A stretch of 63,987 nt of DNA, counting the filler, from Choristocarpus tenellus KU-1152 (lineage: Eukaryota; Protista; Phaeophyceae), in the NCBI GenBank assembly GCA_964200185.2. It is 11 parts of 11 records of this genome, joined end to end, with 100 filler letters (N's around TTAATTAATTAA, not from the genome) between each part and the next. Parts side by side here need not be neighbours in the genome. Positions count along the whole stretch, not along the records: positions 34,476 to 41,237 come from CAXNAD020007401.1; positions 41,338 to 45,126 come from CAXNAD020017910.1; positions 45,227 to 51,572 come from CAXNAD020008343.1; positions 51,673 to 55,869 come from CAXNAD020015747.1; 7 more parts are not named here. One strand, 5' to 3'. Made by a program: the position numbers and the translations under genes. Positions 40,459 to 52,219 of this stretch are shown piece after piece. The notes below the pieces were generated by a model. The model was not told the origin of the DNA. It did not search any database and was given only the letters and a program-made list of their open reading frames with translations. The number at the start of each line of letters is the position of its first letter. Within the stretch, counting starts at the first letter, position 1.

Positions 40459-41506
40459 TGTGAAAATTAAGAAAAAAAAAAGTTCAGTTTTTTTTTGTAA
40501 GGTGTGATGCATGTTCAGTTGTGATGGATAGGTCCTTGGTACGGTTTGTTGTTTTATATTTTTGGTGTGTGTTTTGTAGTTAAGGGTTAGGATTAACTTG
40601 CGTTGTTTGTTGTTTATGTGTTGGTCTATTGGGGAGGGTGAGGGTTAGGGTTAGTGCAAGAATGTACTACTACGGCAGGAGGAGCTGTAGTTTTTATATT
40701 TTGGAAATGAGTATTATTGGTTGTTATTTTTTTTATTGAGTTGGGGTTTGTTTATCACCTATGCGGTAGGTTGGAATTAAAATATATATATATATATGCA
40801 TTAGATATCAACTTGTGTGTGTTGGATATTTTGTAGAATATTCTTGTTGAATTTATCCTATTTTATTAGAGGTTTCATAGGACATTCCTTTATTGAATTT
40901 CTAACCCTAACCCTAACCCCTTCTTATTCACTAGAATGTTCTTTGTGGTATAGATATTTCTGTGTTACCTTTGTTTTTATTTTCTAGAGGTACTTCAACA
41001 ACCTCGAATATCTGTGGATTGTAAAACCTATGGTACAGGGTATTCAAGGGTTGTTTCTAGACCACAGATTTTTTCTTGGGGACTTCCTGCTCACCATGTG
41101 TTTTTTACTTTATTCTCATTTTTTTTCCAGACAAAAAAAGACCTTTCTGTAACAATCACACAATTATAGCAAAAGGTGTCAACTGTCTCCCCCCCCACCA
41201 CCCCCCCCCCCCCACCCCCCCCCACGCCACCACCCCCNNNNNNNNNNNNNNNNNNNNNNNNNNNNNNNNNNNNNNNNNNNNTTAATTAATTAANNNNNNN
41301 NNNNNNNNNNNNNNNNNNNNNNNNNNNNNNNNNNNNNCCTCATGTTTGCCTTGATTTTTTCCTGAGTTGTGGGTTTATCCATCCCACCACTCGTCGCTCC
41401 ACCTCCTCCCTCAAATGTGGTGTGTTCTATCCCTCCGTCCACGTTGAATCTTCGCCACCATGACCCATATATTTCAACATTTTTTGTGGTCTAGCACAAC
41501 ATAGTA

Positions 41507-43170
41507 CTTCCACCGTTCAGAATTAAATGTAACATAACCTTTGCAACCCCAATGAAGAAGCAACATTCTTGTCGCAAGTTGATATTTACGAGTGTATTGT
41601 GCAGACACTAAAAGGATGCCCACCAAACTCCCAAGCAAACTGAGGCACCCTACACCTATCTATGATTACACCCTCAAAGCCCTCCAAAACTTTATTCCAG
41701 AACGGCATTCCAGGGGAGCTTTCCCGCCTTCTAGATCTTTTCGTTGCTAAGATGGGGAATTTTGAAAACGTTGTCACCCTTGGAACCCAGTACTTCACCG
41801 TAGACTTCTAAGAGGCTCTACCAGATGTGCTCTAGTGTCTCCCTGGGGTACAAATTGAATCATTGTGTCCTCCACCATCTCCCCTGTATTGGTCGCCCCC
41901 ATGTCTTCCTTGAGTGCAGGATGGAAAATAAGAATCTCAGGTCGTTGATGTTGAGGCAAGACGAGTTGGCAAGCTGGGTCTCTATGACAATATCGTCCCC
42001 CTCTGCCTCCTCGATGGCCTCCACGACCCCCCCCCCCTGGTATGTGGCTTGTGCTGCACGAAGATGGTGTGTCCTTCCGGCCTAGGCATGCTGAGCCTTG
42101 ATTTCCAGGAGGACATCTTCAATCATGAGCTTATTATACCTTTCCCAGCCCACTGTGGGTGGCACAACCACCTTGGTACCCTTGGAGTTGGTGTTTGCTG
42201 GAGTGCTGAGTGACCTTAGTGTCCACGATTGGTCGGATCCCAATCTTCCCGTCAAACCACACCCCATTGGAGAGCTTCTTAGCGGGAGCCACAACTGCAA
42301 GGAACATTAACTTCGTAATGTTATGCATATTCTGCGCCTGTGGGGAGTTGGGGGGGTCCTTAGTGGAGTGCAGGTACACAACTTGCCCACCTTTTGAGGA
42401 TGTAAATCCACTTCTCGTCCACATGTACCCAGTCATAGAGATCGTCCACAAATATGTCACTCACTTTTCCCCCTCCTGTCCATGTAGCTGATGACAAAAC
42501 CGACTCTGTTGACTTTCTGTTGGTCTAAGAGGACTGGCTTAACACGCCGCTTGACCTTCTTGACCTTCTCATACTTGCACAGATCCCACAATGAGGCAAG
42601 GGAAACTCCAGCTTTGGTCGTCCATTTGTGGAGGGATGTGCGGTGTACCAATGTGACATCCCAAACCTGGAGGATGCTTACAGGGCGGCCACATTGCCCC
42701 TTACAACTTCGTAAAAGGTCCATGCATTCAACCCGTGCGATCTGTGTGTCATACTGCTTCAAATGACGGAACACGGCAATTCGGGAAATTCCGATGTCCT
42801 GAGGCATCGGAGTCTCGCGCCCTCTCGCCTCCATGCATCACGCCACCACGCTGTTCTTCATCTGAGTGTTTGAGTCCTGACCCCACACATACTTCTGGGC
42901 CGAAGAATTGGGACTGACGGCCGACAACGGGGACCCTTCACCCTAGGCATCCCAATAAGCACCCGCTTTCACTAGGATTTTGAACCCTGTCAAATGTAGG
43001 TGAGTAGGTCGACTTTATAGTGATGATAAATCCTCCACATCTCAAACTTTGCACGCCTCCCAATCTATATGAGAACTCAGTTTCCTTCACAAAGTATATC
43101 CTTTGAGTGGTTGTTGGACGAGAATGGACCTTGGAGAAGTTATGTTACATTTAATTCTGAATGGAGGGAG
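41507..43170 (-). mobile_element. Tc1/mariner DNA transposon, plant-type (DD39D-like), end-to-end with pseudogenised transposase
   Basis: 32-bp TIRs CTTCCACCGTTCAGAATTAAATGTAACATAAC and revcomp CTCCCTCCATTCAGAATTAAATGTAACATAAC, both flanked by TA. Minus-strand motifs across frameshifts: VHVDEKW, KLMFLAVVA, WFDGKIGI, QLANSSCLNINDLRF. Confidence 0.88.
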
Positions 43171-44216
43171 TAGGGTAGAGGAGGTGTACCTTCCCCATGT
43201 ACTTGCCACATGGTTCAATGAAGTCAAAATTCCTCCAAGGAGAGTCTCCCATCCAAAACTAATGTTGGAGGTAGATACTCCTGAAAACAGGATGCACAGA
43301 ATACACCACGTGATCTTCATGGACAAACGTATATCGTACATGATGTACCTACTATATTTAATAGTAATATAGTATTATGAATGCTTACAAAAAGTAGCAG
43401 ATGTGGAGAATAGTAATATATTCTTAAGGACGCCAGTTCGAAGATTAATATTACATACGCAATTAAAAAATAGATCTTGTAGTCAAATAGTACATAGATT
43501 TTGGAGTGGTATCTTTCACATTTATGATAACTGTTACTTTTGCAAGTCCTTATAGCATTGAATTGGCTTTTTCCCTGGCACATGTCCAAAATGTCAGAGG
43601 GGATTAGAATATATGTTACACAATTAACATGGAATAGATAACGAAGAGGAAGATATTGAAGTATATTGTACAGTAATAGTAAGACATTCCATTCCATAAA
43701 CATTCTCTCATGTCCTTACGTGATGTACTTCCAACCAAAAAGTGGAATAGGACGCGTGTCTTCAACCATTTACAATTTCAAATAAATAATTCTTCAGGGT
43801 CCTCTGGGGTCCTCTGGGGTCCCCAACCCTGAGATCCACACAGAAAATGAAAACCAATCGAGAAAACTAACTGACGACAGTGACAAGAGTGAAGTAATGT
43901 GAATATTGTCCCATATATGATCGAGTCTCATTCAACCACAATACAAGCACTTCACAACCAACCTGCGAAAACCTCATTCTCTCTCGGAATGCTGAAGGTT
44001 GGTCCAAGCGCAAAATCGCATAATGTGCGTACGAGTAATCGCAATGTGTGTATAGTTCACACCTGTCCTCTTTCGTTGTCCCATACGCATTATCCTCGCT
44101 AGATCTCGGAGAAGTATCTAAGTAGTTTTCTGGTATTCCATTAACTTTGCTGCAATTGACTCTAGCTCCCCATTGCACACTCGACCTACGTTTAATATAT
44201 TGTTGTAAGGGATGGA

Positions 44217-44762
44217 GTGCCATGTGAGGAGGGGATGGACGTTCGCAGCAGCATGATGAGGAAGGCTGTTATTCCTGATCTTACACTTCTTCCGCTAGAG
44301 TTAGAGCCCCCCAAGAACAGATTGTCTACCAGTGGGGGAAGATTGCTTTTGGAGAGCTCCACCAACGTCTCACTGGAGTCGCCGACCGAGTTTTGCTCTA
44401 CGGTCCGCACCGTGGGCTATGTCACGTCCAACGGGAAGCCATTCATGAGCGGCAAGTGTCCGAATTGCAACAAAAATATCAAGGAACCCTCCCAGCTCTG
44501 CAGGTTACCGAACTCCCCTGCCCCAGGCTTATCGTCGAGGTTGAAGTTCGACTTAAAGAGTCCGTTCCGTAGCCCTCCGAGAAGCGCTCAAAAGGTGGAT
44601 GGGAAACGCCAGAGTGCGAAACAGAGTCTTAGGGGAGGGAGCGCACGAATTGACAAGATCTCGCCCAGGACCCCTCGGATCCCAGTGCGGAGTCCACTAC
44701 GAAGCCCTTTTGGCGGTAGATTTTTCTTTGGGTCAGGCAGCAACAAGGCGTACTGCGACTGA
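44217..44762 (+). CDS. Hypothetical Ser/Pro/Arg-rich protein (terminal or single exon)
   Basis: 181-codon GC-richer ORF with CPNC and repeated SP motifs; candidate acceptor TTGTAAG just upstream. No family recognised. Confidence 0.45.
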   Translation: MPCEEGMDVRSSMMRKAVIPDLTLLPLELEPPKNRLSTSGGRLLLESSTNVSLESPTEFCSTVRTVGYVTSNGKPFMSGKCPNCNKNIKEPSQLCRLPNSPAPGLSSRLKFDLKSPFRSPPRSAQKVDGKRQSAKQSLRGGSARIDKISPRTPRIPVRSPLRSPFGGRFFFGSGSNKAYCD

Positions 44763-45667
44763 ATATAATGTCAATGAGGAACCCAGATGAAGGAGTAGGC
44801 ACTCAAACCCACCCTAATAATAGGGCACTTGCAGAGTTAGCGGAGGTGTCCCGACAGGTTGGCCAAAATTATACCCTTTGTCTGCACTTAAGTTAAATCC
44901 TGCTATATTCACTTATCTGTTATATACAGTGTGGTTAGGTAGTAGATATTGTCTGTTGCCTGTTTTGCTGTTCTGTGGCGGTGTATGTTCCAAGTCTTAC
45001 ACTTCCTTGGAATATAATGCCATCAGTTCTTAGGCTGCAATGGGGGGAGTGAGAGGGGTGTTAGCTACAGTGAAGGTGTGGTGGGCTTCTGGAATGAATT
45101 GGCGGAGGGTTAAAATATCTGGGGGGNNNNNNNNNNNNNNNNNNNNNNNNNNNNNNNNNNNNNNNNNNNNTTAATTAATTAANNNNNNNNNNNNNNNNNN
45201 NNNNNNNNNNNNNNNNNNNNNNNNNNGCCATCCAAGAAAGAGGGATGGGGGTATCATCCCCTACAACTCTATGTTCAGGTGTAGGACAGGGAGGATGAGG
45301 ATCGACTATTGTATTTCAGGCATTTGGTCAGCATCTTCAACTTGTAATCTGCTGCAGAACACATAGTTGGAAGGACAATTGAGTTGGAGAGATAAACCAG
45401 ATACATGACACCACCCCGAATATACCCAACAGAAATATCTCCATGGCAACGAACCAGGTGCAATAACCAGCTTACTGTCCATCAAATCATGACAAATCAG
45501 TCTGAAAAAGAACTCCGTGATTGATGTAACCAATGATGGGCGAAAGAGAAAAACATAGTCAGCAGCACAAGATCTTTTTTTTCTTTTACACCTTGACTTA
45601 GGGATAGGAGGGTCCAATGCACCACACAACCCACAAAAAATCCAATTGCTCACCAGCACATGCTCAC

Positions 45668-47477
45668 CAGCAAAAAATCCTCAGAACGTTGACGTTTGTG
45701 GTCTCTTCTTGCACCCTCAATGTCAACATCATCCCCACTATACAAAGTGTCGCCACAAGGAATGCCACCAGCTGGCCTTACTGGCACATCCCTGATAAAC
45801 CCACAGAGACACAAGTATCCAAGAACCAGTTCAAGCTCCTGTTGCTTCATTTGGACCTTCACTCCTCTGTCTTCATGATCAGCTTGTTGATCCCTTGTAG
45901 GTGGACAATCAGTTGGAAGCACCACCATGCAACGCATTCTCGCCTGCAAAGCCCCATCCAAAACAGTCCTCAAGGTCAATGCCAGGTTTGAACCCACGGG
46001 ACACATGCCCCACATGGATCCAAAGTCTACATACAGCGGCCTCTCCTTGCCAGATGACAAAAACTCTTCTACCTCTACAGGGAGGGCCAAGCAAGGGGAT
46101 GTAGCAACATCAACAGAGTAAGTTATGCCACTTCTTCCTTCAATTTCAGCGTCAGGACATTTCTCTCCTGAATTTACCTCTGCTGGTCTCTTGGTTTTCA
46201 TTTTTTCCCATGTCTCCGAGGAAGGAAATAAGTACCCACATAACTTCACACTTGCAGGCCAGAACGGAGAATGCTCCACTACCAACGAGGAAAACAGATA
46301 CAAAACTGGAGGGCAGTACGTGCAACAAGGGATCAATGGAAGGCTCAGACGGGCACGAAAAGGCCCCCAGCGGTCAGTGAAGAGGGGCCACATCCAGTGT
46401 TCCACATCCAACCACTCCACTAGGCATGGTGGCAGCGTTGCGACTGGAGATCGAGGACCTCCAGTTAGGGATTCTGGCAAGGGAGAGCGCCCCCCCTTGA
46501 GCAGTTGACGGAATAAATGCGGGTAGGCCCTCCGCATGCGGTGTGTGAAGGAGCACGGCATCGGCGTTGGTATCAGGTACGGCTGGCAGACCATGCAGGG
46601 AACCTTGGGCAAGGTTGGCCGAGAGTGTCAAATGAGTATGGAGGGGAATCCAATTGGGTGTGAGGACACCTCGAAGTCTGCTACTCAGAAAATATCATGG
46701 TTTAGTCAAGCACTTTAGGATGGCAGTGATTTGCATTCGACATATGCTCACGTCCAGCAAGTCACTGTTGTTGGGAGCAGAAACATCACACACCAGTTCA
46801 TACCACCTCACAATGTTCAAGTATCAATCAACGATCAAGACCAGCGCAATGCGTGCTACCCTACGAGGGCACCTCCATTGCCTCCGCGATGTGGAATCCC
46901 TCCAGGGCGAAAAGGTTGAAGATCACTAGCCCAGCCCCCTGACAGGCGTGCACGCAGGAATCCTGTTGAATATCGTGATTTGTATCATCCACCCTCTCAG
47001 ACCCCGACCCCCCTGGCATACAATAGTCATCCCGTAAAACAAGAAACTTGTCAAAAGTATGAGGTCGTGTTATCCTACCAGTACACAGGGATCTCCATAT
47101 ACTCTATATTGGTACATCTTGTGGAACGTTGCCACATAGAACGGTTGTTGATGTTGTGAAAACATGGATGGGGTCTCGACTTGGAATTCAATGCTTGTAC
47201 ATCAGAATAAAGATTTGCAGTCTTATATGATGGTGAGATGCATACATGTCACACCTTTCCAGATAATTGGTGGGGAATCCACGGGATAAAACTCGAACAC
47301 ATGTCTGTCTCGGTCAGGACAGGAACGATGCCAAAGCGATTCGACCAACTCCTGATGTGATGAGTGCGATATAAGTACGACCTTTGTGCAGAATGATGTC
47401 TGTGGAAGATGGTGTGTAAGGATAGCAAGGGGTTGCACATCTCCCCTAGTACCAAAGGCGATCACGGCAACTTTCAT
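45668..47477 (-). CDS. Sterol 3-beta-glucosyltransferase-like GT-B glycosyltransferase (GT28 N-terminal type), 5' part; exons ~47477-47255, 46962-46873, 46603-45668 (junction between the first two uncertain)
   Basis: MKVAVIAFGTRGDVQPLA; LVIFNLFALEGFHIAE; WLDVEHWMWPLFTDRWG; FWPASVKLCGYLF; RPLYVDFGSM. Confidence 0.85.
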
Positions 47478-48110
47478 CGAGACTGCTTTCTCGCTCTAAT
47501 CGTTGCACCTTGGTTGGCATGTTCATAGTATGGATATCATACATCCTCACTTACTTCTACTGAATTCAACCCCCCCCGATTTCTCACATAATTATTCAAT
47601 TTTTTCAAAATTCTCGTCTGACACCTTACCTCATTCATATTATTAATATGTTCAATATTACTAGAATATACTGATTGTTGTAACATGAATTCGACCGAAA
47701 ATAGTAGGGGAAAAGTGGGGTAGGAGACCTGTAAATTCATCAATATGAGACAGGAGATGTGGAGAGTGAGAAGTATCATGGTGAAGGCTGAAGAACTGGA
47801 TGGCTTAAGCATAGGGTGATAGGAAATACGCCGTCACTCAACCCCATTGACTAAGGAAAATTCACAGTGATTGGCAATCGTCACCATCTACCAAACAGTT
47901 TACCCCATCCTGGGTAGGACTGTTGTGCACAATGACCATTTGATTTGAGGAGAAGCCTAAGGTTACGCTGGTATTACTAAGATTCTGAGAACGTGTTTAT
48001 CGTGCGAAGTACTAGGCCACCGAGACGTACCCAAGTAACAGTGAACTATTGTGAACTGCGCTTGGTATGTTAAGTCAACCTTGTGTGACTGTGATCATTC
48101 CTTGTCCATC

Positions 48111-51100
48111 ATGGAAAGCTTCGTCATCGGATTGCTGAGGTGGGCTGACCTATTGCCTCATGAATCCATTGTAGAACGTATGGCTCAGTGCCTGTCTATG
48201 CACAATGCCAACTTCGTCAGTCAGTTTTGTCGAACTTAATGCAGTCGCTTTTGTCGATGTTAGTAAAATTTTGCGAAATTGCCATTGACCATGACATCGG
48301 TTCCAACTCTGCAGCAAGTACTTGCGCCAGTACGTCCTCGGGTTCAAACGAGAGCAGCTCAGCCTATCCTTCCTCAAGGGTAAAGGGGAGATGCGGGATC
48401 TTGAGGTGAGCCTAACTTTTTAGGGTGTCTTCCCCTCAGAGTAGAATTGTTCGAGATCTCAGATGTGGGCAATATCCAGGATCAGTCTGTATTGTTGGCA
48501 GCAGGAATAAATGCTATCGTAGACCCTTTCTCATCTTGACTATCAGCGAGCATGTGAATGACGGAATCTGGTGAGGCTAGTACTAGGTGCTCCTTGGTAA
48601 TGCCTGGAGACTAATATCTTCCTACAAGAAAATAGTATTCTCTCTTCCCTTTCTCCAGGTGAACTGTGAAGCGATAAATGACCTGCTTACCAACGTCCCC
48701 GTAATAAGATTCAGCAAAATCCACATCAATCGCTTGTGGGTTAAGGTACCCCTGCGGCAGATCCGTGTGGAGCCAATCAGACTAAACATAGATGAAGTCG
48801 AGGTGGAGATAGTGGAACCGACTGACTTTGTCACTCCCACCCATCAGCCCTTGTCCCGCCATGGCGCGACAACCAAGAGGTGAGTAACCCAGGGCTTAAG
48901 GAAAGCCCCCTGTTTTATCAATTAATTGCTATTGGCTTCCCAGTATCACCATTTTTAATCTTAGTGGCATTTCTGATCTGTCTTGAAATGTACTGATTGA
49001 CTCGCTGATTGTCTTGTGTGCTGGCAGAAGATTAGTAATGGTTCCCCTGCAAGGGTGGGAATAGTGTGTTAACTTTTCGTTTCCTTTCTCCTGTCACAAT
49101 TTTTGTTCTGCAAGCTCCTTCACCTTGAGTTAGTCTCTTGCAGATAGTGTTTTAAGGTATTTCCCCAACCTGTACAAGTTCAATGCAAGCAGTTCAACTG
49201 TGTCCCTGACCTCTTGTGGTGATGGTCAGGTCCAAGTACGGAGTTGGAGAGAGGATTAGGGATTCTTTCTCACTGGATATTGACAAGGTACAGCATTGCC
49301 CTTGCTATGAAGTACAACTGGAAACTATGGAAATCTTTACCTAGATGTCAATGTGTGGTTCAGTGAATCTCTTGTGATTTCCACTCCAATATCACCACAC
49401 ACACTTACAAATGCTTTTTGCCCAAGCCTCTGAAAATGTGGGCTTTCACTGAGTGGACCATTGTTCTACCACTAATTATCCTGTGATATGTAAGATACAA
49501 CTTCTAAGTGTGATGTCCCAACTTGTTCCTTACCCCATGCTATGTTCTGGCTGGTAGGCATATCTCTCCCATTGACAATATTGAACACCTGAAAGCTAAC
49601 CATAGCACATATTGCCTCATTCCTCCTATGTGCCATATCTTTTGCTACCATAGCTATGTTTGACGTGGACTGCTACATTAGGTCACTCTCCTGTTGTGCT
49701 ATCTCTGAGTCCCCAACCCTAAACTCAAGCGGATTGTAACTGTAAAAAAAGGTCATTGTTACCTTTCGCGTTCTGGGTAAAAGAAAGTGCCCACTCCCTG
49801 GGCCATGGACTCCACCGGCTGCAAGGGGTGTGATCAAGGGCCTGAGGTTCTTCAGTACAGATGAGCATGGAGAGGAATGTAGCCTGGAGCAGTGCTGGAG
49901 ATACAGCAAGGAGCACATGGGGACTACCCAAGACATATTCATTTTCAAGAAGGTGAGTTGAATATTCAAATATTTGCTATTTCAAGATTTGTAACCAATG
50001 CCGGAAGATGAAGATTCGGTTTATTTTGGTGTGAGGAATGTGTAAGTTATCCTTCTTATATTTGTGGCAGCGATTCTGTTCATTTCATTGGGAAAAGTGA
50101 AGGCTGTGGATATATCCTTCTGTCTTTGCAGTTCAGTGTGTGGAATGGAAGGTACAAATGATCTGGATTGCTCTAGAGTATTGATAGTCCTCATGCTATG
50201 CTATATCTTACATGCACATTGCACAGAGCTCGTGGAGTATTACTCACACCTACATGTATTCCAGAGGGTATCAAAGACCTCACACAAGAAAGATTGAATT
50301 GTGTGCAGTACCCCCTGCATGAATATATCACAGGATCCTCTAGTGATTTTGACAGGTATGCTTTGTTTCATTGTTCTGTCACAGGCAACCTGCCAGTCTT
50401 GTCATTTTTTTTTGGTAGAGGATCAAGACCCATTCAAGAAGGGACAGGTTGAGGTTGTTAAGGCAGTACCAGTGGACTTGCTTCTAACAGTACGCAGAAG
50501 ATCTTTGGACAACTTTCTCAAAGGAATGCAGGTATGATGCGGGCAAGGCCTTGGATTGGAGCTAGATCAAACTGACAGTTTCCACACACGCAAGGCCTGC
50601 ATACTGTACGTGGGCAATGGAAGTGGTCAAGATTGGAACTAGTTGGTCCTTGCAGCTGTCCCTCAGCAGCAACAACAACAATAATGATAATAATAATAAT
50701 AATAACAATAATGAGTAGCTGTATGTATGTGCATGATTGCACTTCCACATTTAGCTTATTCCAGCAATATTAGTTAGGCTGTTGCTAATTTCGACTTTAA
50801 TTGCAGTACTCAATGGTTCTCACTTTAATTTCACAGTGGTTGAAGTGATAAGATCAATATCCTCATGTGAGTTACTAGTATTGAGGAGCTACCTATCTGG
50901 CATTGTTACATGTACAACTGCAAAGTGCTGCAACCATCTTATTTCTGTGTATTCTTTGATATGCTTGTCCAATTCTCTCTGTTGATGTCGGTCGTTTCAC
51001 TCTTAAACAGCGGAAAGTGTCCAATTCTTTCTATCTGCATTACTACAGTTGATGCAGAAAGTCACCATACTCCCTCGTTCTAAGTTAGTAACAATTGTCT

Positions 51101-51572
51101 CATGTACCATATTGGTCTACCTCCAACAATTGCACCATGACCATGACATCTCCTGCCATGTGAAGATTGAGATAAGCTTGGACCGGGTGGACTTTGAGTT
51201 GCATGTTTCCGATGGCTCTCTGTCGGCCCTAATGCATTTTGTGGTGGGATTTGGGTATTGCTTATTTCGACAAGGTGTGTCTGCAGAAATGCTCAGGGAC
51301 AGGACTCGGATTGCTAAGTCCAACAGCACTACAAAGGCAGACCCTAGAGAGACTTTGCATGCAGCACCCCATACGCCCATTGCATTTTCAAACTCAAGGT
51401 TAGGATCTGGGCATGTGTCGGAGTTGGACTTGTCCTTGGCACCTGACTTTGACATGGATGATGAAGAAGATGAAGAGGAGGAGGAGGAGGAGGAGGAGGG
51501 GGGGGGGGGGGGGCAGGGGGGGGGCAGGGAGGGGGATGAAGAAGTTATGGCAATGGCTGGGGGGGGGGGGGG
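48111..51572 (+). CDS. Chorein-N domain bridge-like lipid transfer protein (BLTP3/UHRF1BP1-like, VPS13 superfamily), 5' part
   Basis: Phase-consistent exons 48111-48139, 48315-48405, 48659-48879, 49230-49287, 49752-49952, 50385-50531, 51166-51572: MESFVIGLLSKYLRQYVLGFKREQLSLSFLKGKGEMRDLEVNCEAIN...VKVPLRQIRVEPIRLNIDEVEVEI...SKYGVGERI...IFIFKK. Confidence 0.8.
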
Positions 51573-51811
51573 NNNNNNNNNNNNNNNNNNNNNNNNNNNN
51601 NNNNNNNNNNNNNNNNTTAATTAATTAANNNNNNNNNNNNNNNNNNNNNNNNNNNNNNNNNNNNNNNNNNNNCCCTCCCAGATACTTTGGGTCAGAAGGT
51701 ACATACAGTATTATTCTCTTTCCTTATGGCGAGACGGGAGATGCGCATTAACACATAACATCATAAAAAAAAAGCACTCGTGATCGTTTCCATCCTATCC
51801 ATGAAGCATAT

Positions 51812-51948
51812 GATTGATTTTCCAGCTCGCCACGATTAATTAGTCAATTCCACGATTGATTTCCCAGCTCACCACGATTAATCAGTCGCTTCGACGATTG
51901 ATTTCCCAGCTCACCACGATTAATTAGTCGATTCCACGATTGATTTTC
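51812..51948. repeat. ~42-bp tandem repeat x~3.3
   Basis: Unit GATTGATTTCCCAGCTCACCACGATTAATTAGTCGATTCCAC. Confidence 0.9.
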
Positions 51949-52219
51949 CGGTTTTGTACAAAATATATATTGCACCACGTCAATTTTGTTCCGTTTTTTC
52001 GGGCATGCCCATGGGTGAACAAAATCGGGTAACCTACTATATTAGATACACAGTTATAGTTCCTCATCAGGAATTTTAGTGGAGGATCTTCCGTCAGAAT
52101 GAATCCATGGAACCTCTTCAAGAGACCAGTTCCACACATATAAAATTACCGTTCATACAGAGTTGTCCAACATGACTATCACTTAGTCAACATGGTTAGG
52201 ACCACTGGTCGGTCATGTA

